NCBI GenBank assembly: GCA_049520575.1
Contig: JBEKPQ010000015.1
Location: 17,527 to 81,526 of the forward strand
From: Thermodesulfobacteriota bacterium
GTDB taxonomy: Bacteria > Desulfobacterota > RBG-13-43-22
DNA: 64,000 nt
Direction: 5' to 3'
Part shown: piece by piece, positions 47,637 through 56,603 of the stretch
Numbering within the stretch: position 1 is the first letter of the stretch
Layout: each line of letters begins with the position of its first letter
Made by a program: the position numbers and the translations under genes
Notes under the pieces: model-generated
The model's input: the letters and a program-made list of their open reading frames with translations, nothing else
What the model was told of the DNA's origin: nothing
Databases searched by the model: none

Positions 47637-48032
47637 ATGAGTAATGCCAACATAGTTTTTGACCACGTTCACCTCGTCAGTAAAGACCCTAAATCAACAG
47701 CAGCCTGGTATGCGGAAAAATTGGGAGGAAAGGTGGTCAACAGCTCTGAAGTCCGCGGGGCCCCTTCAATTGTTGTGGCCTTCAAAGGTGCCACCATTAT
47801 TATTCGCGGTCAGAGGACAGGAGAACAGGTTAATGAGAAAAACAAAATACAGTGGGGTACGGATCATTTCGGGTTCCGGGTTGATGGGGATTTCGACGGG
47901 TTTTGCGAAGACCTGAAAAAGAACGGAGTTAAGTTTACGATCGATCCTATGGATTTCGGCCCAACTCTGCGTATCGCCTTTATCGAAGCCCCGGATGGTG
48001 TGGGCATTGAATTGCTTCAGAGAAAAGGGTAG
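47637..48032 (+). CDS. VOC/glyoxalase-family protein
   Basis: Paired beta-alpha-beta-beta-beta modules with metal-binding His/Glu positions (HVHLVS...IELLQ). Confidence 0.65.
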   Translation: MSNANIVFDHVHLVSKDPKSTAAWYAEKLGGKVVNSSEVRGAPSIVVAFKGATIIIRGQRTGEQVNEKNKIQWGTDHFGFRVDGDFDGFCEDLKKNGVKFTIDPMDFGPTLRIAFIEAPDGVGIELLQRKG

Positions 48033-48174
48033 TGACAAGCTTTCCCTGGGTATTCATCACCATCACCTCTTCAATGAGTGGATGAAGTGGAAACGTCCCC
48101 TCTACCATAAGCATCCCACTCCCTTGTTTTTTTCTTTACTCTTCTTCGGGCTTTTTCTATATTTTTACTAACTC

Positions 48175-48327
48175 GTTCTCATCCGGAAACAACCTTTCCG
48201 GATGAGAACATACAGCTGCCGGCTATCATCTATGGCCAGAAACCCTTTGAAAAAGGGTTTCTGGCGAGAGCTTAACGCGGAAATCCAGGTGTTTCCATCC
48301 GGAAATTCAAATTTCCGGATGGAAACT
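48175..48327. repeat. cluster of three long perfect palindromes; the outer two share the core CATCCGGAAA...TTTCCGGATG
   Basis: GTTCTCATCCGGAAA-caacc-TTTCCGGATGAGAAC (48175-48209); CAGAAACCC-tttgaaaaa-GGGTTTCTG (48237-48263); GTTTCCATCCGGAAATT-caa-AATTTCCGGATGGAAAC (48291-48327). Confidence 0.7.
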
Positions 48328-48488
48328 GACTCGATGGAAAATAGCTTCTTATAAACTTTATCCTGGAGCCCGGAGGCCAGAGATAGCAACCTGGTGGGCG
48401 AGGTCTCCAGGGAATTTAAGCCATATCAAAAGTAACCTTAGAAAATCCGAGGCGAACAGGGCTTGACCACCATCGGCAAGGGGGGAAA

Positions 48489-48956
48489 ATGGAAGAGCAG
48501 CGCCGACAAACGGGAACTCAAGATTTACTCAAGGCTGAAATCGGGCATGAAATGAAACCGGTAGAGATGGTCATTACCGAGGAGATGGCCGAAAGGCATG
48601 CCTGGGCCAATGAGGATTATAATCCGTGGTATCTGGAAAATTCACCCTTCGGCGGCCGCATCATCTCACCGACCTTTCTGGCCTATGACACCGACATCAT
48701 GCTTTGGAATTATTTTGCCCTTCCCAAGGGCTACGGGCTATGGGCCAAACAGGAGTTCGAATTCATTAACGCTCTTAAGGTCGGAAAACGGATCAGAATA
48801 ACCGGCCGGATTTCCGATAAGATACACAAGCGGGGCAGAGATCATATTACCTTTGAATTCCTGGTCATAGACGAGGACGGGCAGGAAATCATCCATATGA
48901 GAATGACCCAGGCCTTTCCTTTACTCCCCGGCAGTGAGAAAGAATCAAACAGGTAA
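48489..48956 (+). CDS. MaoC-like hotdog-fold dehydratase subunit (N-type)
   Basis: Hotdog-fold length and motifs. Adjacent to a second hotdog gene, a HadAB/PhaJ-like pair arrangement. Confidence 0.55.
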   Translation: MEEQRRQTGTQDLLKAEIGHEMKPVEMVITEEMAERHAWANEDYNPWYLENSPFGGRIISPTFLAYDTDIMLWNYFALPKGYGLWAKQEFEFINALKVGKRIRITGRISDKIHKRGRDHITFEFLVIDEDGQEIIHMRMTQAFPLLPGSEKESNR

Positions 48957-48965
48957 AGGTAAAAT

Positions 48966-49424
48966 ATGGATACCATTCGGACCGACCCTACGGCCTTCAA
49001 GCCGATGAAAATCACCGCCGGCAAGGATATCGAAGTCGGCTTTCAACTGGAACCCATCATCAAGAAGGTAACGCTGGACAAGATGCGCCTGTACCGGAGC
49101 CAGTGGCCGCGAATCAGGAATTGGCACAATGACTACACCATAGCCCAAAATTGGGGGGTCGATCAGCCCCTGGTCTTTGCCAGCCAGATCATGGAGTATT
49201 TCGGGGAGCTGTTGGTTAAATTTTTCGGCCTTGGCTATCTTGGAGGCACCCTTTCCCTGGCTATCATCCGGTCGGCCTGGCCGGATGACGTGATAACCGT
49301 CAAGGGCACAGTCCGGGAGAAGACAATCGAGGGTGAAAAGGTCAGATTGATGTTGGATGTCTGGTGCGAGAACCAGCACGGTGAGAAGGTGATGGTGGGA
49401 ACAGCGAGTGGGCTCGTTCCCTAG
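48966..49424 (+). CDS. MaoC-like hotdog-fold dehydratase subunit
   Basis: 152-aa hotdog fold. Start is 10 nt after the previous stop. Confidence 0.6.
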   Translation: MDTIRTDPTAFKPMKITAGKDIEVGFQLEPIIKKVTLDKMRLYRSQWPRIRNWHNDYTIAQNWGVDQPLVFASQIMEYFGELLVKFFGLGYLGGTLSLAIIRSAWPDDVITVKGTVREKTIEGEKVRLMLDVWCENQHGEKVMVGTASGLVP

Positions 49425-49476
49425 AAAAAATCCTTTCATTCATGTTTATATCCTTCTCTTTCGTCAAACTGGGGGA

Positions 49477-49510
49477 GGTTCATTAAATCCCTGGAATTCG
49501 TATTTTATGG
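49477..49510 (+). repeat. left direct repeat (CATTAAATCCCTGGAATTCGTATTTTATGGGG) bounding the pyrF/PRTase cassette
   Basis: 29 of 31 nt identical to 52567-52597 in the same orientation. Confidence 0.75.
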
Positions 49511-49913
49511 GGAGGGCCATCTATTTCCACAATAAATAAATGAAGTGAACAACATCCCCTTGAACAATGTTGCCGCTTAACAGCTTCTTTTTAAGGGGAA
49601 AAAGATCAGTTCAAGACCATTTTTATCCCCTACTTTTCATGAAATTTCCACATGAATTCAATATGTTGACCTGGAAAGGGCCCGGGATTATTAAGATCTT
49701 AAAACCTTTGGGTGTTCCTATCGGGTATAATCAAATCATGTGAAAAAAGCTTAGTAAGGGCATTGAGATGATTCTAAAAATTTGATTATTATATATTTTT
49801 TTTTCTTGACTTTATACAATATATAGTATTAGATTTCTTTATAGTATACATCATAAGGTACCTTTCAAGGGTAAGTATGATTTATGACTATAAATATTCT
49901 CATAAGATTATCT

Positions 49914-49945
49914 AAACGCAGTAATTCACTGCGTTTTTTTTTTAG
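49914..49945 (+). terminator. rho-independent terminator/attenuator immediately upstream of pyrF
   Basis: AACGCAGT-aattc-ACTGCGTT followed by a T-run of 10-11, ending 11 nt before the pyrF ATG. Confidence 0.6.
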
Positions 49946-49956
49946 AGAATGGCATT

Positions 49957-50688
49957 ATGAATAATAAAAATAAAATAAGAGAGAAAATCTGTATTGCCCT
50001 TGATGTAGATTCAGGTGCCGAAGCCTTGAGGTTATCAGGCATGTTAAAAAATTATTGTGGATTTTTTAAAATTGGGGTCCAGTTATTTTCTCAGGAAGGG
50101 CCCGATATAGTTAAAAAAGTTATCTCGCTAGGCCCAAAAGTTTTTTTGGACTTAAAATATCATGACATACCCAATACAATAAAAAACACAGTAAAAGTTA
50201 TTGTTGGCCTAGGGATTTCCGTCTTTAATGTCCATACAACAGGCGGGTATGAAATGATGTTGGAAACATCGAATGCTGTAAAAGAGGAATCAAAAAAGTT
50301 AGGTATTCCTAAACCCATGGCAATTGGTGTTACAGTACTTACAAGTATAAATTCAAAAATTCTATCCGAAGAATTAATGATTAAACAGGATTTGAGTGAA
50401 TATGTTGTACATTTATCAAAATTGGCTAAAAAGGCTGGCTTAGATGGGGTTGTCGCATCTCCGCATGAAATAAAAATAATTAGGAAATCCTGTGGACCTA
50501 ATTTCAAAATTATAACACCAGGGGTAAGACCTTCATGGTCCTTAGGAGTAGATGACCAAAAAAGGATAATGACTCCGAATGAAGCAATAAAAAATGGAGC
50601 AGATTTTATTGTTGTTGGACGTCCAATAATAAAGGCTAAGGATCCCGTTGAGGCTGCAAAAAAACTCCTTAACGAGATATTAAGTTAA
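49957..50688 (+). CDS. pyrF: orotidine-5'-phosphate decarboxylase (type 1, B. subtilis-like), AT-rich
   Basis: Full-length OMPdecase. Catalytic DLKYHDIP (DxKxxD), substrate-loop motifs and a C-terminal GRPI phosphate-binding motif. Confidence 0.9.
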   Translation: MNNKNKIREKICIALDVDSGAEALRLSGMLKNYCGFFKIGVQLFSQEGPDIVKKVISLGPKVFLDLKYHDIPNTIKNTVKVIVGLGISVFNVHTTGGYEMMLETSNAVKEESKKLGIPKPMAIGVTVLTSINSKILSEELMIKQDLSEYVVHLSKLAKKAGLDGVVASPHEIKIIRKSCGPNFKIITPGVRPSWSLGVDDQKRIMTPNEAIKNGADFIVVGRPIIKAKDPVEAAKKLLNEILS

Positions 50689-50689
50689 G

Positions 50690-51112
50690 ATGAAAGAACT
50701 CCCCGACTTATTAGTATTTACTGGCGAAGAGGTTATAAAATCTGAGGTTAATAATACATTAAATTTGGCCCCTTTTAAAAAGCTTAGATATAAGGGGCTC
50801 CCGAAGTATTTATCCGTTGAGTATCCAAAGGAAATAAGGTTTTTATCTTTCTTTCTAATAAATTTATTGGAAGATATATTTTATAATTTGATCGGGGACT
50901 TCCCATATGAAGATAGTTTTGGGGATCAAATTCATGCGGTTAGGAAAGATTTTTTTAAATTTATGAGCGAAAAGTTTATCGAGATTGGAAAAGCAATATT
51001 AATCAATGATTATTTAATAATACCTACTAGGTTTACAGAGTTGGTAGTAGACTATTTGACAGTAATAGAAAAGATAAACACTATTATTGACGAAGGACAT
51101 TTGAAGTGCTGA
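50690..51112 (+). CDS. hypothetical protein (140 aa, soluble, AT-rich)
   Basis: ATG lies 1 nt after the pyrF stop. No recognisable motif. Confidence 0.4.
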   Translation: MKELPDLLVFTGEEVIKSEVNNTLNLAPFKKLRYKGLPKYLSVEYPKEIRFLSFFLINLLEDIFYNLIGDFPYEDSFGDQIHAVRKDFFKFMSEKFIEIGKAILINDYLIIPTRFTELVVDYLTVIEKINTIIDEGHLKC

Positions 51113-51528
51113 GCATAAGCCTTTTTTTGACTACAAAAACATTGTGGGCTTTAATATGCTATGCTAGCCGAATTATCCTTGAGGGAATAATAGATGAATT
51201 CAGGTTAATAAAAAGATTGGGAGTGGATTTTTCATATATTTCACTTGTATTTATCGGCTTTAATTTGATTCAAAAAGAACCACGTCCTCGATTCTACTCC
51301 TTTGTTGATATGTTAACAAAACAATATCCGGATATAAATGAAAAATTTTCACCAATAATATTAGTAGTTTTTACTCTTCTTCTTTTAGGATTATCAATAT
51401 TCTGTCAAAAACATTTTAATAAAACAAGCAGTAATACTTTTAAAGGCCTGCTAATAAAAGGATTGGCAATTACAATCAGTTATGGTATAGGTGTTGCTTT
51501 ATTTTTATTGGCTGTAGTTATTCAGTAA
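51106..51528 (+). CDS. hypothetical small membrane protein (about 4 TM)
   Basis: Overlapping GTG start. Hydrophobic segments throughout. Confidence 0.4.
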   Translation: MLSISLFLTTKTLWALICYASRIILEGIIDEFRLIKRLGVDFSYISLVFIGFNLIQKEPRPRFYSFVDMLTKQYPDINEKFSPIILVVFTLLLLGLSIFCQKHFNKTSSNTFKGLLIKGLAITISYGIGVALFLLAVVIQ

Positions 51529-51551
51529 AATAAGTGGAAAAGGAGGGCGTA

Positions 51552-52208
51552 GAGATGGAAAATTTATACATTCTAAAAATTTTCCTTGAACCAACAATAA
51601 TATTGCCCACCATTTTAATGATGATAATCATCTTTTTTGTCATGGTAAGAATTATTAAAAAGGAAAGGACAGAATCTTTAGTATATCCAGGTATAAGTAA
51701 AAGTCATTGGTTTACGGTAGGGGGAACAGAAAGCAAATTCTATTATGATATTGATAAGGGCGCCTCTTCCCTGGAAGGAATTCAAAGAATTTCAAATTGG
51801 TATGTTGATAACATCAAAGAATTAAAGAAAAAGAAAAAAATTGATGGCTTAGCGTTTATTGAACGCGAAGATGGTCCAATTGGTGCTATAACAAAAAAAG
51901 ATCTTATTTCCTTTATGACAAATATTTCTTCTTTTGTTGTCCGGCCAAAGAGAAGAATTAAAGCTTCGGCTATCAAAGGGGCAGAAAATATTCAAGGCAA
52001 GGATATTGTTGTAATCAGTGATGTGGCGACTACGGGTTATTCTGTTGAAAAGGTAATAGATATTATTCAAACTTGTAACGCGCGAGTTGTTGCCGCAATA
52101 ACTATTCTTAACCGCGGCGGTTCAAAAACAGAGGACCTTTTTAAAGAAAAGAAAATCGATTTTATTTACGCCGCTGATAATGATGATATAAAAAATTATG
52201 TGTCTTAA
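51552..52208 (+). CDS. membrane-anchored type-I phosphoribosyltransferase, orotate-PRTase-like
   Basis: AAGGAGGG Shine-Dalgarno 7 nt before ATG 51552. N-terminal TM helix (LEPTIILPTILMMIIIFFVMV), then a PRTase fold with a PRPP-binding motif (DIVVISDVATTGYS) and OPRT-like SKFYYDID. Confidence 0.6.
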   Translation, partial: EMENLYILKIFLEPTIILPTILMMIIIFFVMVRIIKKERTESLVYPGISKSHWFTVGGTESKFYYDIDKGASSLEGIQRISNWYVDNIKELKKKKKIDGLAFIEREDGPIGAITKKDLISFMTNISSFVVRPKRRIKASAIKGAENIQGKDIVVISDVATTGYSVEKVIDIIQTCNARVVAAITILNRGGSKTEDLFKEKKIDFIYAADNDDIKNYVS

Positions 52209-52566
52209 AATTTTATTAAATGGCAATAAAATTTAAATTGAGAGGACATCACACTTATTTTTTTAAGTTAAAAATTAAATGAGTATGGTGTCCCCTGTTA
52301 TTGCAGTTCTTGTACTGACTTTTATTGATAAAAAATTGCTTTTTTTGAAGAGTATAAAATGAGAAAAAGGAACGGTCAAGGATAAAAACTGGGCGGAAGG
52401 GATAGGGGGCGTCTTCTGAAGAAAATGAGACTATGCAGGGTTGTGCCTTACAAATTGATTACCATTTGTAATATAGCATAAAGAGCCAAAATTTAAATTC
52501 ACGACTACAGGAAGAATGCACCATCAAACTTGATGATGCCTGTATAGTCAAATCCTGACTTTCACA

Positions 52567-52597
52567 CATTAAATCCCTGGAATTCACATTTTATGGG
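52567..52597 (+). repeat. right direct repeat (CATTAAATCCCTGGAATTCACATTTTATGGG) of the pyrF/PRTase cassette
   Basis: See 49477-49510. Confidence 0.75.
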
Positions 52598-52671
52598 AAA
52601 TGTCTCGCACAGATCGGAAATAAAGAACCGTGCGCAACCTCTATTTTCGTCCTTAGAATAGACCTCCTCTT

Positions 52672-54156
52672 CTATTGGGACTTAAAATGACTCTCTTGAA
52701 TAAGATTAGTTTCTTTAAAATTTAAATGGTTTTTTTCGGCTTCATATGCTTCCTCTCCATGTGTGAAGAAGTGTTTGTTTCTAATCTCATCTGTTATAGA
52801 GCCTGAAGTCCCAACAAGTTTTGTATCTATATACTTTTTATAAATAGAATTCACAATTGTTTTAAAAAACTCATCATAATTCTTTTCGTCGATAGTAAGA
52901 TTTATTTCATTGCCATCCTTTGAATATTTCAAAATCTTTCGTATTCTGAAAACTATGACAGGGAATATATGCTCGATGTTATAATTCGTCATCTTTTTTA
53001 TTGCTTTATCGCTCTCTTCTGTTAGTTCGTTATTATTAATTAATCGTATTTTGTCTCTTAGCGATGTTTCTCCTAGTTCTTCCAACAATGCCTTTTCTTT
53101 GATATCTCTGTAGATTATTTCTTTTTGAATCCTGAGGTATCGTAATACGTAGTTTTCCCGAATTTGATACAAAAAGGGAATCAATTTTGAAATGACCTGA
53201 ATAGTCTCCTGTGCTTTTTCTCTATTTTTTATTAATTTTATAAAAAGATTATAAATTGGTATTCTTTGATTTGCGTATTTATGAATGTCCTTTTCTTTGG
53301 TCAAAATACCAGTAGATACCACCGGCCTTAGTAAAGTAAGAATGTGTACTTTTGGCCCCTTTTCAACAATCTCCCCCAATCGATATTCTATCTTGAGAGA
53401 TTCTCCGTATTTATTTTCAAATTCTTTAAAAATATTATCCTTCAGCTCTCTTTTATATCTAGAGCCAAATATATCGTCGATAGCAACTTTTTGGGTTTCA
53501 TTATTTGCCCCGGCTATTAGAGTTCCAGCTGAATATTCATCTAACTCATCAACAGCATCGAGAATACGATCAATCACATTAATTTGTATCCTGATCTTGC
53601 TTGTTAAAAAATCCTCTAATTTTAGCTCATTAAAACATCTTTGGTATTTCCCTTCTCCCTTAATAAAGGATACAATTTCATTCACCCTCCCAAACTTTAC
53701 AAATTTAAGGAAGGATATGACTTTTTCGTCTCTGAGGTTTTCTTTTAGAAATTGATGAAAGGACTTGGCCGTGATATTCTCTAATAAATTTTCTGATGTA
53801 TAATATTTTAATAGGGCCAGTATTAGGATTATGAACCTAGTTTGATTTCCATTGGTCAAACAACAGCTTTTAAACTTTAGAGTATTTTCGCTGGAAAAGC
53901 TCAAACCAGTTAGAGAAACGATCATTCCTGAATGCAAAAATCGGAACATATTTTTTGGATCTTTTAGAAGGCTTTTTATGATTTCAATATTGGACTTTTT
54001 CAAACCATTATATTCCCGGGGATTGCTTCCAGCTTCACTATCTCTATAATCCAAAAATAGAATATCTTTAAATAAAGTTTCTCCTAAAATACTTTTTTTA
54101 TCTCCTGAGTACCAATATTTATCTGGAAAAGAGATAGTGTTTTCTTTTGAGAACAT
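52672..54156 (-). CDS. large hypothetical protein (494 aa), possible Abi/AIPR-like abortive-infection protein with a C-terminal HEPN-like Rx6H motif
   Basis: AT-rich, Lys/Glu-rich. C-terminal motif EIRNKHFFTHGEE. Translationally coupled to the upstream HEPN gene (14-nt gap). Confidence 0.45.
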   Translation of the reverse strand: MFSKENTISFPDKYWYSGDKKSILGETLFKDILFLDYRDSEAGSNPREYNGLKKSNIEIIKSLLKDPKNMFRFLHSGMIVSLTGLSFSSENTLKFKSCCLTNGNQTRFIILILALLKYYTSENLLENITAKSFHQFLKENLRDEKVISFLKFVKFGRVNEIVSFIKGEGKYQRCFNELKLEDFLTSKIRIQINVIDRILDAVDELDEYSAGTLIAGANNETQKVAIDDIFGSRYKRELKDNIFKEFENKYGESLKIEYRLGEIVEKGPKVHILTLLRPVVSTGILTKEKDIHKYANQRIPIYNLFIKLIKNREKAQETIQVISKLIPFLYQIRENYVLRYLRIQKEIIYRDIKEKALLEELGETSLRDKIRLINNNELTEESDKAIKKMTNYNIEHIFPVIVFRIRKILKYSKDGNEINLTIDEKNYDEFFKTIVNSIYKKYIDTKLVGTSGSITDEIRNKHFFTHGEEAYEAEKNHLNFKETNLIQESHFKSQ

Positions 54157-54170
54157 TTCACACCCCTATT

Positions 54171-54791
54171 TTATTTAATTAATTTTCTCATATTTATAGA
54201 GGCCATCTTAAAAGCAGACAGCAATTTCATAAAGCGATCCCCTTTTCCATGGTTTAAAAATAATCCAGGCTTTTGAAAGTTGTTTTGTTTATAGAGACCC
54301 ATATAACCTTCTATTAAAGTTTTTTTCGAAAATGTAGAATAATGTGAAAGGTAGTTTCTGATTTTATAAATAAAACTAATTTTGTTTATTTGGTCTTTGG
54401 AAACATTTAAAAGAAGATTATAGCGTTCACATAAAATTTTTTTATAGAACCCTTTTGTTCTTTCCAAGTCATGTAGGTCTCTATACCTATCTGAAAAAAT
54501 TATGGCTCTAACAAGTTCAGCAGTAAGTCGTGTATTAGGTGTTAAACCAAATTCTGCCTTTATATTTTTAGTATCAAGAAGGGTACAAAATATCACTTCT
54601 TTCTCAAGAAAAAGTTCCCAAAATGCGCATGCTCTTAAAACCAACGACTCTAATATTAGATATTTTTCCTCTTTTTTTATTTGACGTGAATAAGGAATTC
54701 CACAAATAATTTCGGAAGCATACTGCAATAGATTTTCTATTTCTTTCTCAAAAGTCTCGTGATTTTTTAAAATGGATTTTCTAATATCCAT
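54171..54791 (-). CDS. HEPN-superfamily protein (R-N-x-x-x-H motif)
   Basis: 206 aa, mostly alpha-helical, with the canonical Rx4-6H motif KIRNYLSHYS at residues 136-145. AT-rich. Confidence 0.5.
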   Translation of the reverse strand: MDIRKSILKNHETFEKEIENLLQYASEIICGIPYSRQIKKEEKYLILESLVLRACAFWELFLEKEVIFCTLLDTKNIKAEFGLTPNTRLTAELVRAIIFSDRYRDLHDLERTKGFYKKILCERYNLLLNVSKDQINKISFIYKIRNYLSHYSTFSKKTLIEGYMGLYKQNNFQKPGLFLNHGKGDRFMKLLSAFKMASINMRKLIK

Positions 54792-54820
54792 AACATCTAT
54801 ACCTTTAAGAGGGAACTTTA

Positions 54821-54929
54821 GTTCTAAAACAACTTATTTCTCCTCAATTGTCCGATTGTCAAGTTGATTTTAATTTTACCTTATTATACCCTCTTTTTTC
54901 ACCCAACCCAAACTGAAAAATCCCTTTGG
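54821..54929. repeat. copy 1 of a 110-bp direct repeat (GTTCTAAAACAAC/GTTATTTCTCC...CTGAAAAATCCCTT) at the island boundary
   Basis: Aligns with 56604-56732 at about 85% identity, apart from a 40-nt insertion in copy 2. Confidence 0.7.
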
Positions 54930-54939
54930 AAATTTTCGG

Positions 54940-56496
54940 CTAAAAACCAGTAGGCCAGTTCGCCAGCTTATGTTTGCCAATCGCATTCCCTCGATTCCCC
55001 CTGATAATATCCAGCGCCTCGGCTATCCATTTGCGGGTGTCCCGCGGGTCAATCACCTCCAGAGCAGTTATCCCTGCTGCCTCCCAGGGCGCACTATTGA
55101 TCGCCCATTCCTCCATTAACCGCTTCTTCTCGCCTTCCGGGTCCTGTGCTTGAGACAACTTGCGCCCGTGAACCAACTCGATCCCAGTCGCCGGGTCTAC
55201 AAAACTAATCGAGGCAATCGGCCAGGCGGCTTGCAGGTGTGATTGATCGGCTCCCATGCACCTCCATCCTATCCCGTAGGCTTTCCGAAATAGAAGAGAA
55301 ACCTTCGGTACCGTCACCAACCCAATGGCCTGCAGGAGAACCATGATCTTCGTCGGTATCTTTTGCTTCTCGGCATCCCTGCCCGGAAGCATCCCGGGAA
55401 CGTCCTGGAGAAAAACAAGAGGGATATTGAACGAATCACACAGGCACAAAAAGTGAACTATTTTCTCCGTGGCGGGTGCATCCGGGGCACCGGCATTGTA
55501 TATCGGATTGTTACCTACGATCCCTACCACTTTGCCTCCAATCCTCGCCAGGCAGGTGATCACGGCTCTGCCCCACTCCGCTTTGATCGGAAGATACTCG
55601 CCGTTGTCCACCAAGAGCTTGACCACACGGTACATGTCATATCCTCTATTAAACTGGTCGGAGACGATTTTCCCTATCCGGTCCAACCTTCTATCTATGG
55701 GGTCTTGGTTTGGGACATACGGCGGTTCCTCGCCATGGTGCGAAGGCATATAGGATAAAAACCTCTTTATGATGGCCAGGGCCTCATCGTCATTATCGGC
55801 AAAGGCACCGACCTGCCCGGTGTAATTGGCGTGGATCTCCCAACCGCACAGCTCTTGCGGCGTGATCTCTTCACCAATCGATTCCTTAATAATCCTTGGC
55901 CCCGCTGCCCCCATCGCTGTCCCTTTGACCATGACCACAAAGTCTGACTGGCAAGCGTTCCAGCTCGGCTCACCAAAACACTCTCCCATGATGACGGTAA
56001 CCCGCGGCGTCTCACGGCTCACCTGAAATGTCTCATTGGGTATCCCTCCCCCCATACGCTTATCTCCCACCATACCTCTTGACCCCATCTGCTCTGGCAA
56101 TCGGACACCACCCACCCCATCCATCAATCTGACGATCGGGTATCCTCTCTCGGTCGCCATCTTCACCAACTCAGATACCTTCTGATGGCCGACCCGACCC
56201 CCACTCCCCCCAAGGATCGTATTGTCTTGAGCTTCAACCGCAACTCGCCGACCGTTAATAAGGCCAAGGCCGCATATCCGCCCGTCGGCTGCGCTCTTCG
56301 CCTCCATTCCTGGAACATTGGAGGTATTGAGCATCCCCGCCTCCCAGAAACTATCGGCATCCAGCAGCTTTTCTATTCTTTCCCGGGCAGTCAGCCGGCC
56401 CCGAGCATGTTGGGCTCGGATCTTCTCCTTACCGCCCATCTGTCTGGCTATTTCCCGGCGCGAGTAAAGTTCTCGCTTTCTATCTTCCATTTCCAC
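54940..56496 (-). CDS. acyl-CoA carboxyltransferase (propionyl-CoA carboxylase beta / methylmalonyl- or glutaconyl-CoA decarboxylase alpha family)
   Basis: Tandem crotonase-like carboxyl-transferase domains across 518 aa. Confidence 0.85.
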   Translation of the reverse strand: MEMEDRKRELYSRREIARQMGGKEKIRAQHARGRLTARERIEKLLDADSFWEAGMLNTSNVPGMEAKSAADGRICGLGLINGRRVAVEAQDNTILGGSGGRVGHQKVSELVKMATERGYPIVRLMDGVGGVRLPEQMGSRGMVGDKRMGGGIPNETFQVSRETPRVTVIMGECFGEPSWNACQSDFVVMVKGTAMGAAGPRIIKESIGEEITPQELCGWEIHANYTGQVGAFADNDDEALAIIKRFLSYMPSHHGEEPPYVPNQDPIDRRLDRIGKIVSDQFNRGYDMYRVVKLLVDNGEYLPIKAEWGRAVITCLARIGGKVVGIVGNNPIYNAGAPDAPATEKIVHFLCLCDSFNIPLVFLQDVPGMLPGRDAEKQKIPTKIMVLLQAIGLVTVPKVSLLFRKAYGIGWRCMGADQSHLQAAWPIASISFVDPATGIELVHGRKLSQAQDPEGEKKRLMEEWAINSAPWEAAGITALEVIDPRDTRKWIAEALDIIRGNRGNAIGKHKLANWPTGF

Positions 56497-56603
56497 AGCA
56501 TCCTCCTTCCCTCTACATCGAAGAACAGGCTCAATAAAGGAGCCAAGTCTCCGTTTAACCTATGGTCAATGCCTTCCTTAATATCTCAAAAGAGGGTACG
56601 CTG

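Noticed and set aside
54821-54835. GTTTTAGAAC, resembling the 5' end of type II CRISPR repeats
   Set aside because: Only two copies, each embedded in a 110-bp non-periodic repeat. There is no spacer-repeat periodicity and no cas genes.
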